Notes under the pieces: model-generated
Databases searched by the model: none
What the model was told of the DNA's origin: nothing
What the model saw: only the letters and a program-made list of their open reading frames with translations
Assembly (NCBI GenBank): GCA_964035575.1
Contig: OZ037840.1
Location: 930,001-994,000 of the forward strand
Source of the DNA: Rhynchopus sp. YZ270_cl-10
Taxonomy: Eukaryota
Direction: 5' to 3'
DNA length: 64,000 nt
Shown here: positions 43,789-55,440 of the stretch, in pieces
How positions within the stretch are numbered: the first letter of the stretch is position 1
Layout of the letters: each line of letters starts with the position of its first letter
Made by a program: the position numbers and the translations under genes

Positions 43789-44493
43789 ATTTCTTGCGTG
43801 TTCCGACGAGGCCAGTGTGGGGAGGAGAGCGTTCAGGACACCCATGTGCACACGCACCTCGTGGTCCCTGTACCCCCCAGTCGCCCCCGGTTCTGCCGCG
43901 CCGCTGCCGTAACGCTCCCTGAGGGCGCTCCGCATCAGGGTTTGCATCATGGGGGCGGTCATGCGCCTTGCCCATCCCGACAGCAGCACTGGGTCCACAC
44001 CCTCCAGCCCCTCGCTCTCCGCTGCCTCCACTGCGCGACTGCTCTCCGCCACCTTCAACAACCCCTCAATAACGCGTCGGGTGTTGGGGCAGTCGATTCC
44101 CTTCAGCGCATCCCATACGTCAACGGTTGCGTCGACCCCCGCACCGGTCGGCTGATTCGCATTCGGCGCTACCTCCGGCGCAATCTCCCAAGTGTCTTCT
44201 CCGTCACGTAGCAGCACCAAACACAACGGACACACCCAGTCCCTCCCCATGAATCCCGTCGAGCACAACTCCAACGCCCCCACGCAGTCTCGGAGACTGT
44301 CGGTCATGCACGTCTTTGTCGTGCGACACCCGCATTTGGCGCATTCAGAGCTTGATGCGTCTTGGTGCATCACGGTGCACGTCGGGAAGACACAGTCAGG
44401 GATTCCGCTCTTCCTCAATGCCTTCGCCGGAATGGCACCCACCTGCACCTCCTGCCATGGAACCTCTGTCAGCTTGACGTCCGTCCGCAACAT
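43789..44493 (-). other. GC-rich coding-like fragment with a Cys-rich PHD-like finger, between direct repeats
   Basis: ORF from ATG 44493 with CVFPTC..CAKCGCRTTKTC..WVCPLC. Bounded by AGGGAGAGGTTGTG..GTGAAACGCACACAC repeats. Confidence 0.4.
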
Positions 44494-45097
44494 GTTCGGA
44501 AGAGGGAGAGGTTGTGTAAAAATTTGTGGTGAAACGCACACACCTCGACCTGTCGGTGAAATGTGGCTCTACTCCAACCCGCCCCGGATTAGAAAAATGG
44601 AAAAAAGGATGGGAGTAGGGTACGGTGTTCAATTTCCTTTTAGCATTGCATGTAATCATATAAGAAAAAAGAAAACGGGGCAACAGTTAGCAGAGTGTAC
44701 CGTTGGTAAGCAATGGTATTTCAATGATGATATAGGTGAGTGACGACACCTCGCCTGTTTTTCCAGTTGTGTGTGTGCACGTTTAGGAAGGCAACTTCCT
44801 ATTAAGCCCATCGACTCCATTTTCTTGGAGCTTCCAGGACCGTACATGCTCCGTTCACAAGAGGAACGGTAAGAATGTTTACAAGAAAACAAAAACAAGA
44901 TCCCACCCCCAAACCATTTCGACCTCACACAACCCCTCCCTATGTGTTCTTGGATCACTGCAGATGGTGTGTAGCTAGGAGGTGCACAATCATCTTACAA
45001 AAGCAACCTTTGTTCCATTCACTCAAACATCCCCCATCCACCCAGCACACCGACACCCTGCTTCTCCCACCGCCCCCTCTCAGACAGTGACCACACA

Positions 45098-46318
45098 ATG
45101 GAGATATGGTTTGAATGCACAACATCTGGACAACGCTGTGCTGCAGAGGTGGGGGAGGGTTGCAGTGCTGCAGATCTGCAGGAGCGTGCTGTTGCGGTGT
45201 TGTACCCACAGAGCGTGGTGTCGGCCGAGGCAGTGGGGCTGTGTGTGGATGGTGCTGATGGTGAGGTGCTGGCACCGGAGGTTCTGATTGCCCACACCGC
45301 ACTGTGTGCAGGCGGGACTGTCTATGTGAGCAGACGGAAGCAGGACAGCAGTGGTGTGTGGGTGCCGCAGGACTATACTGTGGCAGGCTACCCCCGAGGA
45401 GACATGTGCGAGGACACACTCGTAGTGGGTGGCGAACACGCCGTCGCCATCAACCTCGTCACCACCGAGGTCACACCTCTCCCTCCCATAGGTGAACCTC
45501 GGTGCAGGATGGTTCTCATGCCACACCACATCGTGTACTGCGGTGTGAGCAATGCTGTGCACTTTAGACCACGGGACAGCGGTGCAGAGGTTGTGGTCCG
45601 TATGGCAAGCACGGTTGTGGGACGCACGGTTAAGAGCCTTGTGGCCATGCGGGTCACCGAGGCGGTGCTGATTGGGACCGGTTCACAGATCGTACAGTAC
45701 TCCTGTGAGGGGGTGAAGATGCGCACCATTGATCACTCTGGGTACTCCTTTGCAGTGTCACCCTGCGAGACCCTGCTCTTGACGAACTACCGTGCCGTTG
45801 TGGTGCACCGTCTGGACACCCCTGAGCTGCGTGAGGTGCACCGTGTGGACACAGGGCTGGATGTGTCGTGGTTTTCGCAGCCATCGTTTTCGCCCGACGC
45901 AAGCCTCGCAGTGTTGAGCTGTGGCGAGAAGCACACCGTCCGCACCATTGACATCGTCTCTGGGAAGGCCCTCTGCACACTGCCCAATGGAGAGCATGAT
46001 ATACGTGCTGCCTGCTTCAGTGCGTGCTCGCGATACCTCTTCACGGTTGCTATGAGGACTGTGCAGCGGTGGGACGCACGCAGTGGAGCCCTCATGGGAT
46101 GCACTCACATCGGTTTCGGGTGGTCTGTGCATGCCTCGACAGACGGGTGCAGGCTGGTTGTTGTTGGAAGTGTTACCTCGGTGCTCGACATTGCTGCCAT
46201 TAACATGCAAGTGTCAGAGCAGGACGCCTTGCAACATGGTCCACCTTGTCCCCTTCCCAGTCCCAAACGAACTGTTGTGGCAACGGAGTCACGCTGCAGT
46301 GGGTGTGTGTGTTCGTGA
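45098..46318 (+). CDS. Ubiquitin-like N-domain / WD40-like beta-propeller / CaaX protein, copy 1
   Basis: Propeller-blade signatures FAVSPCET, SFSPDASL, CFSACSRYL, VQRWDARSG and ASTDGCRL; C-terminal CSGCVCS. Confidence 0.75.
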   Translation: MEIWFECTTSGQRCAAEVGEGCSAADLQERAVAVLYPQSVVSAEAVGLCVDGADGEVLAPEVLIAHTALCAGGTVYVSRRKQDSSGVWVPQDYTVAGYPRGDMCEDTLVVGGEHAVAINLVTTEVTPLPPIGEPRCRMVLMPHHIVYCGVSNAVHFRPRDSGAEVVVRMASTVVGRTVKSLVAMRVTEAVLIGTGSQIVQYSCEGVKMRTIDHSGYSFAVSPCETLLLTNYRAVVVHRLDTPELREVHRVDTGLDVSWFSQPSFSPDASLAVLSCGEKHTVRTIDIVSGKALCTLPNGEHDIRAACFSACSRYLFTVAMRTVQRWDARSGALMGCTHIGFGWSVHASTDGCRLVVVGSVTSVLDIAAINMQVSEQDALQHGPPCPLPSPKRTVVATESRCSGCVCS

Positions 46319-47235
46319 AGGGGAGAGTGTGGCGGCATTGGTAGAGGGAGCATGGGCTGACTGCAAGGTGACTCACTCTGCTGCATACGACGCTCCTCAT
46401 GGGGCGAATGGAAAAAGCAGATGACAGAGACACAGGTGCGGGCAGAGACGAGACGGAAGGAGTAGACAACTAACACAGGACAGTGGGGAAACCCATATCA
46501 TCTTGCGGGCGGAAAGCGAAGAAACAGTTTCCCCCAAATGAGGAAAGCTAGACTGTTGAACGAATGGACAGTATCTCCAGCGGGGATAGTCGAGACCTCG
46601 AAAAGAGGATTTTGAAAATTCGAAATTGTATTTCACATTTTGTCGAGACTCGAAAACACCCCAAACCACATGTCGCTCTGCACAAAGATCATCATACCAC
46701 TGTGTGTATCGGTTTGTGTTGTTGCATCTTGCTTTCCCTTTTATGAGGTGACGAAGCACAGAGAGGCTTAGGTTCATCTCAACTCTTCTCTGTGTTACCC
46801 CTTCTCTTGAACATGCAAAGCAAAGGCTTCGGTGAGGCTGCTTACCCAACCAAAGGATGTTGCAGTCATCCTATCTTCTCTCATGGGTCTTGCAGCAGCA
46901 CGGTGCCTCTTTGTTTTAGTCGGGTGTGCACAACATGCACACTCATTTTTCATTCACAGTAAGTACCGACCAAGGTCGGTACTTAGGGTGAATAAGATTT
47001 CCGACACGAGAAGAAAGAAAACAAAACAAAAACAAGATCCCACCCCCAAACCATTTCGACCTCACACAACCCCTCCCTATGTGTTCTTGGATCACTGCAG
47101 ACCGTATTGTAGATAGGAGGTGCACGTTCATCTTACAAAAGCAACCTTTGTTCCATTCACTCAAACATCCCCCATCCACTCAGCACACCGACACCCTGCT
47201 TCTCCCACCGCCCCCTCTCAGACAGTGACCACACA

Positions 47236-48467
47236 ATGGAGATATGGTTTGAATGCACAACATCTGGACAACGCTGTGCTGCAGAGGTGGGGGAGGGTTG
47301 CAGTGCTGCAGATCTGCAGATCTGCAGGAGCGTGCTGTTGCGGTGTTGTACCCACAGAGCGTGGTGTCGGCCGAGGCAGTGGGGCTGTGTGTGGATGGTG
47401 CTGATGGTGAGGTGCTGGCATCGGAGGTTCTGATTGCCCACACCGCACTGTGCGCAGGCGGGACTGTCCATGTGAGCAGACGGAAGCAGGACAGCAGTGG
47501 TGTGTGGGTGCCGCAGGACTATCCTGTGGGAGGTTCCATCGGATGCGTCGGAGACGTATGCGAGGACACAGTCGTAATGTGTGGCGAACACGCCGTCACC
47601 ATCAACCTCGTCACCACCGAGGTCACACCTCTCCCTCCCTTCGACGGAGAACTGCGCAGGATGGTTCTCATGCCGCACCACATCGTCTACTGTAGTGTGA
47701 GTTCACCGAGCAATGCTGTGCACTTTAGACTGCGGGACAACGGTGCAGAGGTTGTGGTCCGTGTGGAATGCAAGGTGCAAAGCCTTGTGGCCATGCGGGT
47801 CACCGAGGCGGTGCTGATTGGGATCAGTTCGCAGATTGTACAGTACTCCTGTGAGGGGGTGAAGATGCGCACCATTGATCAGTATGGGTTCTCCTTTGCA
47901 GTGTCACCCTGCGAGACCCTGCTCTTGACCAACCACCCTGCCGTTGTGGTGCACCGTCTGGACACCCCTGAGCTGCGTGAGGTGCACCGTGTGGACACAG
48001 GGCTGACAGGAGCGTCGCACTTTGTGCAGCCATTATTTTCGCCCGACGCAAGCCTCGCAGTGTTGAGCTGCGGCGAGACGGTCACAAAGCAAACCATCCG
48101 CACCATTGACATCGTCTCTGGGAAGGCCCTCTGCACACTGCCCAATGGAGGATACATTAGCACTGCTGCCTGCTTCAGTGCGTGCTCGCGATACCTCTTC
48201 GTGGTTGCTGGATGGAGTGTGCAGCAGTGGGACGCACGCAGTGGAGCTCCCACGTCCACGTGCACTCACATCGATTGCGCGTGGTCTATGCATGCCTCGA
48301 CAGACGGGTGCAGGCTGGTTGTTGTCGGAAAGGTCACCTCGGTGCTCGACATTGCTGCCATCAACATGCAGGTGTCAGAGCAGGACGCCTTGCAACATGG
48401 TCCACCTCGACCCCTTCCCATTCCCAGTCCCAGGGAGTCATTCTGCAGTGGGTGTGTGTGTTCGTGA
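47236..48467 (+). pseudogene. Beta-propeller/CaaX copy 2, frameshifted
   Basis: An 8-bp tandem duplication (CTGCAGAT, 47306-47321) shifts the frame at about codon 28. The remainder is intact in the other frame. Confidence 0.8.
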
Positions 48468-49598
48468 AGGGGAGGGTGTGGCAGCATTGCTGGAGGCAGG
48501 CTACTTCGTGCAGGTGGCTGCAGGATGCGAGTCGAGAGGGTGTTGCTGCGCAGCAGTCGTGGTGAGTCGTGTTTCTTCGTCATGTGCTTGCTGATGAGAC
48601 CTGTTTGTTGTTGAGTGTGGTTGAGTGGAAAAGGAGAGAAATGTTTGAAGATGTGTTCTGCCTAGTTCCTGTGCAGGGTTTTGTGAGGGGAAAGGGTTAT
48701 GTGTGATACGTTTGGTGACTAATGCCTGCGTGGGGTACTTGCCCCTGACGAGTCTGTGAGGTGTATTTTTTTTTCGAATTATTGGCAACAGGAAATAGAA
48801 GCACATAACAGTTGCTTTGTTTAGCTTTCACACACCACAACCAGCACCGTACAGTTGGATGAAAACACAGCATCTTGCAGGTGGGAAACGAAAAAACCGT
48901 TTCCCCCGACTTGTTTTTCTAAAATGAGGAAAGGTCGACTGTTGAACGAATGGACAGTATATGAAATTGAGAATAGTACTTCTCTCATCATATCCTGAAG
49001 TCAGTTTCTAATATTCTTCTCGAACTTTTTGCACAAGAAAGCTGTACCCACTGTGGTTCAAAGATCTCCAGCGGGGATAGTCGAGACCTCGAAAAAAGAT
49101 TTTGAAAATATCGAAATTGTATTTCACATTTTGTCGAGACTCGAAAACACCCAAAACCACATGTCGCTCTGCACAAAGATCATCATACCACTGTGTGCAT
49201 CGGTTTGTGTTGTTGCATCTTGCTTTCCCTTTTATGAGGTGACGAAGCACAGAGAGGCTTAGGTTCATCTCAACTCTTCTCTGTGTTACCCCTTCTCTTG
49301 AACATGCAAAGCAAAGGCTTCAGTGAGGCTGCTTACCCAACCAAAGGATGTTGCAGCCGTCCTATCTTCTCTCATGGGTCTGAAAAACAAAACAAAAACA
49401 CAGCCCCCCCAAAACATTTCGACCTCACACAACCCCTCCCTATGTGTTCTTGGATCACTGCAGACCGTATTGTAGATAGGAGGTGCACGTTCATCTTACA
49501 AAAGCAACCTTTGTTCCATTCACTCAAACATCCCCCATCCACTCAGCACACCGACACCCTGCTTCTCCCACCGCCCCCTCTCAGACAGTGACCACACA

Positions 49599-50810
49599 AT
49601 GGAGATATGGTTTGAATGCACAACATCTGGACAACGCTGTGCTGCAGAGGTGGGGGAGGGTTGCAGTGCTGCAGATCTGCAGGAGCGTGCTGTTGCGGTG
49701 TTGTACCCACAGAGCGTGGTGTCGGCCGAGGCAGTGGGGCTGTGTGTGGATGGTGCTGATGGTGAGGTGCTGGCACCGGAGGTTCTGATTGCCCACACCG
49801 CACTGTGCGCAGGCGGGACTGTCTATGTGAGCAGACGGAAGCAGGACAGCAGTGGTGTGTGGGTGCCGAAGCGCTATAATGTGAGAGGTTCCATCGGAGA
49901 CGTATGCGAGGACACACTCGTAGTGGGTGGCGAACACGCCGTCACCATCAACCTCGTCACCACCGAGGTCACACCTCTCCCTGCCTTAGGCGAACCTCTG
50001 CACAGGATGGTTCTCATGCCACACCACATCGTCTACTGCAGTTCACCGAGCAATGCTGTGCACTTTAGACTGCGTGACAACGGTGCAGAGGTTGTGGTCC
50101 GTATGGCACGCATGGTTGACAGGATTATGGCCATGCGGGTCACCGAGGCGGTGCTGATTGGTACCAGTTCACAGATCGTACAGTACTCCTGTGAGGGGGT
50201 GAAGATGCGCACCATTGATCAGTGTGGGTGGTCCTTTGCAGTGTCACCCTGCGAGACCCTGCTCTTGACCAACCACCGTGCCATTGTGGTGCACCGTCTG
50301 GACACCCCTGAGCTGCATGAGGTGCACCGTGTGGACACAGGGCTGACAGGAGCGTCGCGCTTTGTACAGCCGTCGTTTTCGCCCGACGGAAGCCTCGCAG
50401 TGTTGAGCTGTGGCGACAAGCACACCGTCCGCACCATTGACATCGTCTCTGGGAAGGCCCTCTGCACACTGCCCAGTGGAGAGGACAAGATACATGCTGC
50501 CTGCTTCAGTGCGTGCTCGCGATACCTCTTCACGGTTACTGTAAGGAGTGTGCAGCAGTGGGACGCACGCAGTGGAGCCCCCATGGGATGCACTCACATC
50601 GATTGCGCGTGGTCTGTGCATGCATCAACAGACGGGTGCAGGCTGGTTGTTGTTGGAAGTATTACCTCGGTGCTCGACATTGCTGCCATCAACATGCAGG
50701 TGTCAGAGCAGGACGCCCTGCTACATGGTCCACCTCGTCCCCTTCCCCTTCCCAGTCCCAAGCGAACTGGTGCGTCAAGGGAGTCACGCTGCAGGTGTGT
50801 GTGTTCGTGA
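49599..50810 (+). CDS. Beta-propeller/CaaX protein, copy 3
   Basis: Paralogue of 45098-46318; ends RCRCVCS. Confidence 0.75.
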   Translation: MEIWFECTTSGQRCAAEVGEGCSAADLQERAVAVLYPQSVVSAEAVGLCVDGADGEVLAPEVLIAHTALCAGGTVYVSRRKQDSSGVWVPKRYNVRGSIGDVCEDTLVVGGEHAVTINLVTTEVTPLPALGEPLHRMVLMPHHIVYCSSPSNAVHFRLRDNGAEVVVRMARMVDRIMAMRVTEAVLIGTSSQIVQYSCEGVKMRTIDQCGWSFAVSPCETLLLTNHRAIVVHRLDTPELHEVHRVDTGLTGASRFVQPSFSPDGSLAVLSCGDKHTVRTIDIVSGKALCTLPSGEDKIHAACFSACSRYLFTVTVRSVQQWDARSGAPMGCTHIDCAWSVHASTDGCRLVVVGSITSVLDIAAINMQVSEQDALLHGPPRPLPLPSPKRTGASRESRCRCVCS

Positions 50811-50885
50811 AGGGGAGGGTGTGGCGGCATTGGTAGAGGGAGCATGGGAAAAACTGGCTATATTTTTTATTTTATCCACCATTCT

Positions 50886-51612
50886 CAGGGATTTTTCTAA
50901 TTCTGGATTGGGATTGGGATTTCGGAAAAATAAAAAAATTCCCTGAAAAAAATTCCCTGTTTTTCCCTACAGCAATTTCAGGTACATTCTACTCCACCGC
51001 ACCCCCAGAGAGTTTCGCCTGTGGGATGCGATCCATCAACGCGATCAAATAACGCGAAAAAAGGGGAAAAGGAAAAAAAAAAAGTCCCGGATTTTTGAGG
51101 AAAAAATTGGCTCTGCAGGCGGTTGCTGTAGTTGTGGGTGCGGATGTTCGCGTCAGTTGCAGGGAAACGTCCAGCATCCGAGACATTTGAGGTTGTGCAC
51201 AAGAAGAAGGAGACGTGTCAATCGCATTCAATTATGAGGGTTGGAAGACGGAGGAGATCTCAAATGTTGCGTACCGTGGCTTCGCCAGGAATCTTTGGGT
51301 GCCATGACTGCCGTTTCTTTCATAAATGTACCGAGGTTACTGATAAGGCTGACACACTACGGATTGTGGTTCACCCTCCCCACCTGCCTACAGGGGAGAA
51401 AGCGCCTCGCCTCCCTGCACTGGCAGCGACAGCTTTTACGGGGGGAAAGCTCGGGACCCCGGCGAGAGCCCTGATGACAATCGGGAAAATTTTTTTTTTC
51501 CCCCACAAAAAAGTCAAAAAACAGCCCAAAAACTATACCAAAAAAACAGGGAATTTTTTGGATTGGGATTTCGGAATTTGGCCAAAAAGGGACGGATTTA
51601 GAGATATCCTTG
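50886..51612. mobile_element. hAT-like MITE with 8-bp TSD
   Basis: TSD ACCATTCT at 50878-50885 and 51613-51620; imperfect TIRs CAGGGATTTTTCTAA / TTAGAGATATCCTTG. Confidence 0.8.
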
Positions 51613-51774
51613 ACCATTCTACAGTTATCCCCCACTACAATTATCCCACCCCCCCTCGGTCCCCCCCTCCCCTTTATATATTGGTACAGAAAACACAAGT
51701 GCACCAAGTGCAGCGTATCTTTCAATATTATTTGGTTGCCAACTTATTTGGTCGCCAAGTTTCTTGTCCTACTG

Positions 51775-52281
51775 TATATGAAATTGAGAATAGTACTTCT
51801 CTCATCATATCCTGAAGTCAGTTTCTAATATTCTTCTCGAACTTTTTGCACAAGAAAGCTGTACCCACTGTGGTTCAAAGATCTCCAGCGGGATAGTCGA
51901 GACCTCGAAAAAAGATTTTGAAAATATCGAAATTGCATGACACATTTTGTCGAGACTCGAAAACACCCAAAACCACATGTCGCTCTGCACAAAGATCATC
52001 ATACCACTGTGTGTATCGGTTTGTGTTGTTGCATCTTGCTTTCCCTTTTATGAGGTGACGAAGCACAGAGAGGCTTAGGTTCATCTCAACTCTTCTCTGT
52101 GTTACCCCTTCTCTTGAACATGCAAAGCAAAGGCTTCGGTGAGGCTGCTTACCCAACCAAAGGATGTTGCAGCCATCCTATCTTCTCTCATGGGTCTTGC
52201 AGCAGCACGGTGCCTCTTTGTTTCAGTCGGGTGTGCACAACATGCACACTCATCTTTCATTCACAGTAAGTCACCGACCAA
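51775..52281 (+). repeat. Extra copy of the propeller-array spacer with no gene following
   Basis: Near-identical to 48958-49380 and 46574-46973. Begins at the TA next to a Tc1-like TIR (51750-51774). Confidence 0.75.
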
Positions 52282-55029
52282 GATGGGTACTTGGTGTGTA
52301 CATGCACATTATGTCTCATACACAGTATCTCACTCTAACTTTCTCCGACCCCATAACCACCCAAGGTGGGTATGGGGTCGGATAAATGCAAATGCGGTGC
52401 TAGTGCATAAAAAAGCTGTCATTCGGTGTGGCTGAAACCCCTACAAGCCCACCACATAGCCATCACACCAGAACAGTGTTCCAGAAAACCATGTCAAGGA
52501 CATGTCAATATAGGTCCCCTCCGGAACACCAAAGAAGTACAAAAAATACACCGTATTTTTTTTTAGTAAACACCTTTGACACGTTTGACAAAATGCTCCA
52601 GACCCTCGTGAAAAGTCGCGCGTTCTGCGTATCCACCTCCCCGCTTGTTTTCCCCCTCTCTTTTCCCCCCTGTGCTCCACAATATTTTCTGTACTTCAGG
52701 CAAACACATTCAAACCGTAAATCTGCGTATTTACCGTTAGGGTAGGCACAATTTTTTTTTTTTGTTTAATGCTCGGTCGGGTCCCAAAAAGTTCCGCGCG
52801 CGCGCGCAGAAAAAAACACACAAAGAAAAAAAAACACACACACAGAGACACAACAAAAATAAAACATCGAAGCCATGGGGGGGTCCGTAAGTTTGTGTAT
52901 TAGTGTGTAAAATTTCCGGCCCTTTTGGGTGAAAAAAAAAAAGGGTGAGGGGAGTTGGGTCCAGTCATAGGGGGTATAGCATATTTTTTGGAAAATTCTT
53001 CAAAAAAGCAAGGATTTTTGCTGAGCACAATGAAATTTTCAGAAAAATCCCAATTTTCGGCCAAATTTGGAGCAAATTAGGGCCCACACACCCCGATTTT
53101 GGGTAAAAAACCGACTTCATTTTTGCTCAGGAGTGCCTACGATTACGTAAACCAGAGGTCCTCTGGATGCATGCATTGATAAACACAACACTGGAAATTG
53201 CAAGGAACAGGTCTGCATGCGTGTTCTCTAGCCACTACAGTCACAGGGTATGCACAAAATGACCGTATTGTGGTTGAATTTTGACTTGCAAATGTTTTTC
53301 ACGAACATGTATTTCTGAGGTTTTTTGGATTCTTTGGGCCATTTTATGACTTCGGGTGCCTACCACGCCCGTTTTTGAGCAATAAAATTCCTTTTGTCTG
53401 GTCAAAAATCGCCTTGTACTTGTGAAAGGAATTGCTAAGGAAATGTGAAATATGCGTGTTTTTGTACACAAAAGTGCGTTTTGGGTGCTTCTGAAGGGTC
53501 AAAACACCAAAATTTTGCGTTTTTTTTGCGTTTTTGGTCTCCCAAGGACACACTATTTTCGGTGAATTTTTTTTTCACCCTTTGCGAAAAAAAACTGAAA
53601 AATCACGGCTATAAGAACGCTAAGGAAAAATCGATATTCATTTTTTGGGCAGAAAAGTGCGTTTTAGGTGCCCACCGATGGTCAAAACATCAATTTTTTT
53701 TGTTTTTGGCATCTTTGGACACCCAAGGACCCACTATCGGGGTGATTTTTTTTGCCTGAGATTTGTCTTTGCCAAAATCGAAAAAAAAAAAAATTGTGAC
53801 AGAATTTGCTAAGGAAAAGTCGAAATTGTGGGCCCCTGTAGTAATGAGGATAATAAGGTGCATAATGCATATGGTTTACGGTTTACCCCCAGATCGTCAA
53901 AACACCCAATTTTTGCGTTTTTTTGCACTTTTTGGTGCCCAAAAACCCAACTCAGGGGTCGAAATCAGGGGAGTTTAAAATGTCGGTTTACCGGTTTCAA
54001 AAACCGAAAAATTCGGTTTGAGGATTTTGAAAAAAAAAAAAAAAAAAGCTATGGAAAATCTGGATTTTTGAAAAAAAAAATTTTTCCTCGTAACAGGGTT
54101 TCTGGCCAGAAAATCTTGTTTTTGCAGATAATGTGACCCCACCATTTGACGGACGGAGCTCGGAGAAGCCAAACATGAGTGAGAGAGGAAGGGGGAAGTG
54201 AGGCCCTGAGGGATAACCCCATCCCTCAAAAATTTCCTTAACACTCTGTGTTAAGGTTTTTAAGGTTGCTTTTGCTACGCACCCTGTACCTACACCCCCC
54301 CATACGGGGTCCACCAAAAATCGACATTTCACGCAGAGGCACCAAAGTGTAAGAATTTTTCGGCGTTGGAAAGATCGGGCCAAAAAAATGAGGTATTTAG
54401 AATACAGTTTTCTGAGAGATTTGTTTTTAATTCCTATTTTCGTGTCGCGAGTTTACGTGGGAAACGCTTTAGAAACGTGCGTTCCTTAAGGCAAAACGGG
54501 CGTTTTTCACCGAAAACCACGAGTTTCAGCCCAAAACCCGTTTTTTTTGGGCCCAGACCCGTGTATGTGGCGCCGGAAACGCACTTGCGGGTACCGAAGG
54601 TGGGCTGCGGTTTGTAACCACTCGTTGCGTTGCTTGGGTTCCGTTCGATGCATTCAGATCGGTTGCGTTGTGTTGGATGCGTTCGTTGTGTTCTGTTCGT
54701 GGGTGCCTGTTCGTTTCTGTTCAGATCTTTGCGTTCATCAACCACCATCAAGAGGGAGCGATGATCAGCAAAACTAAATTCTTGCTATTTACAACCCGCC
54801 TCAAAAATTCACTTTTTGTCAAAAAAATTTTAAAAAGGAACAGAAATCGAAAAAAGTTGTTAAGGGATGAAGGGTGGGGGGTGGGGCCCGTGGGGGGGCG
54901 AGAAAGCTCGGAATTCGCTTTTTTTTGCCCAAACCGATTTTTTACCTCAAACCGATTTTTTTGAAAAAAATCCAAACTTTTAAACTCCCCTGGTCGAAAT
55001 TTTCCCGAAAAAAAAATTTTTTTTTTTGA

Positions 55030-55440
55030 GATTTTTCGATTTTTTGACAAGGCGCTGGCCCATACAAAATGCACTGGTGGTGCAGAAAAATGGCCGGGGA
55101 ATAAACTCTAGATGCTCAAAACAGCTCAATTCATGCTTTTTTTAACTTTTTGGTCCCAGAAGGGTACCCAGGGTGTAGTGAGCAGGCCTCAAAAACACTT
55201 GCGAAAAAAAATTGGGATTTTTTTTTTTTTCGATTTTTCGATTTTTCGACAAGGCGCTGGCCCATACAAAGTGCACTGGTGGTGCAGAAAATGGCCGGGG
55301 AATTAACTCTAGATGCTCAAAACAGCCCAATTCTTGCTTTTTTTGACTTTTTGGTCCCAGAAGGGTGCCAAGGGTGTAGTGAGCAGGCCTCAAAAACACT
55401 TGTGAAAAAAAAATTTGGGATTTTTTTTTTTTTTGAGATT
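55030..55440. repeat. Two-copy ~205-bp tandem repeat
   Basis: GACAAGGCGCTGGCCCATACAAA..TAGTGAGCAGGCCTCAAAAACACTTG occurs twice. A more diverged three-copy ~190-bp array lies at ~53430-53960. Confidence 0.75.
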
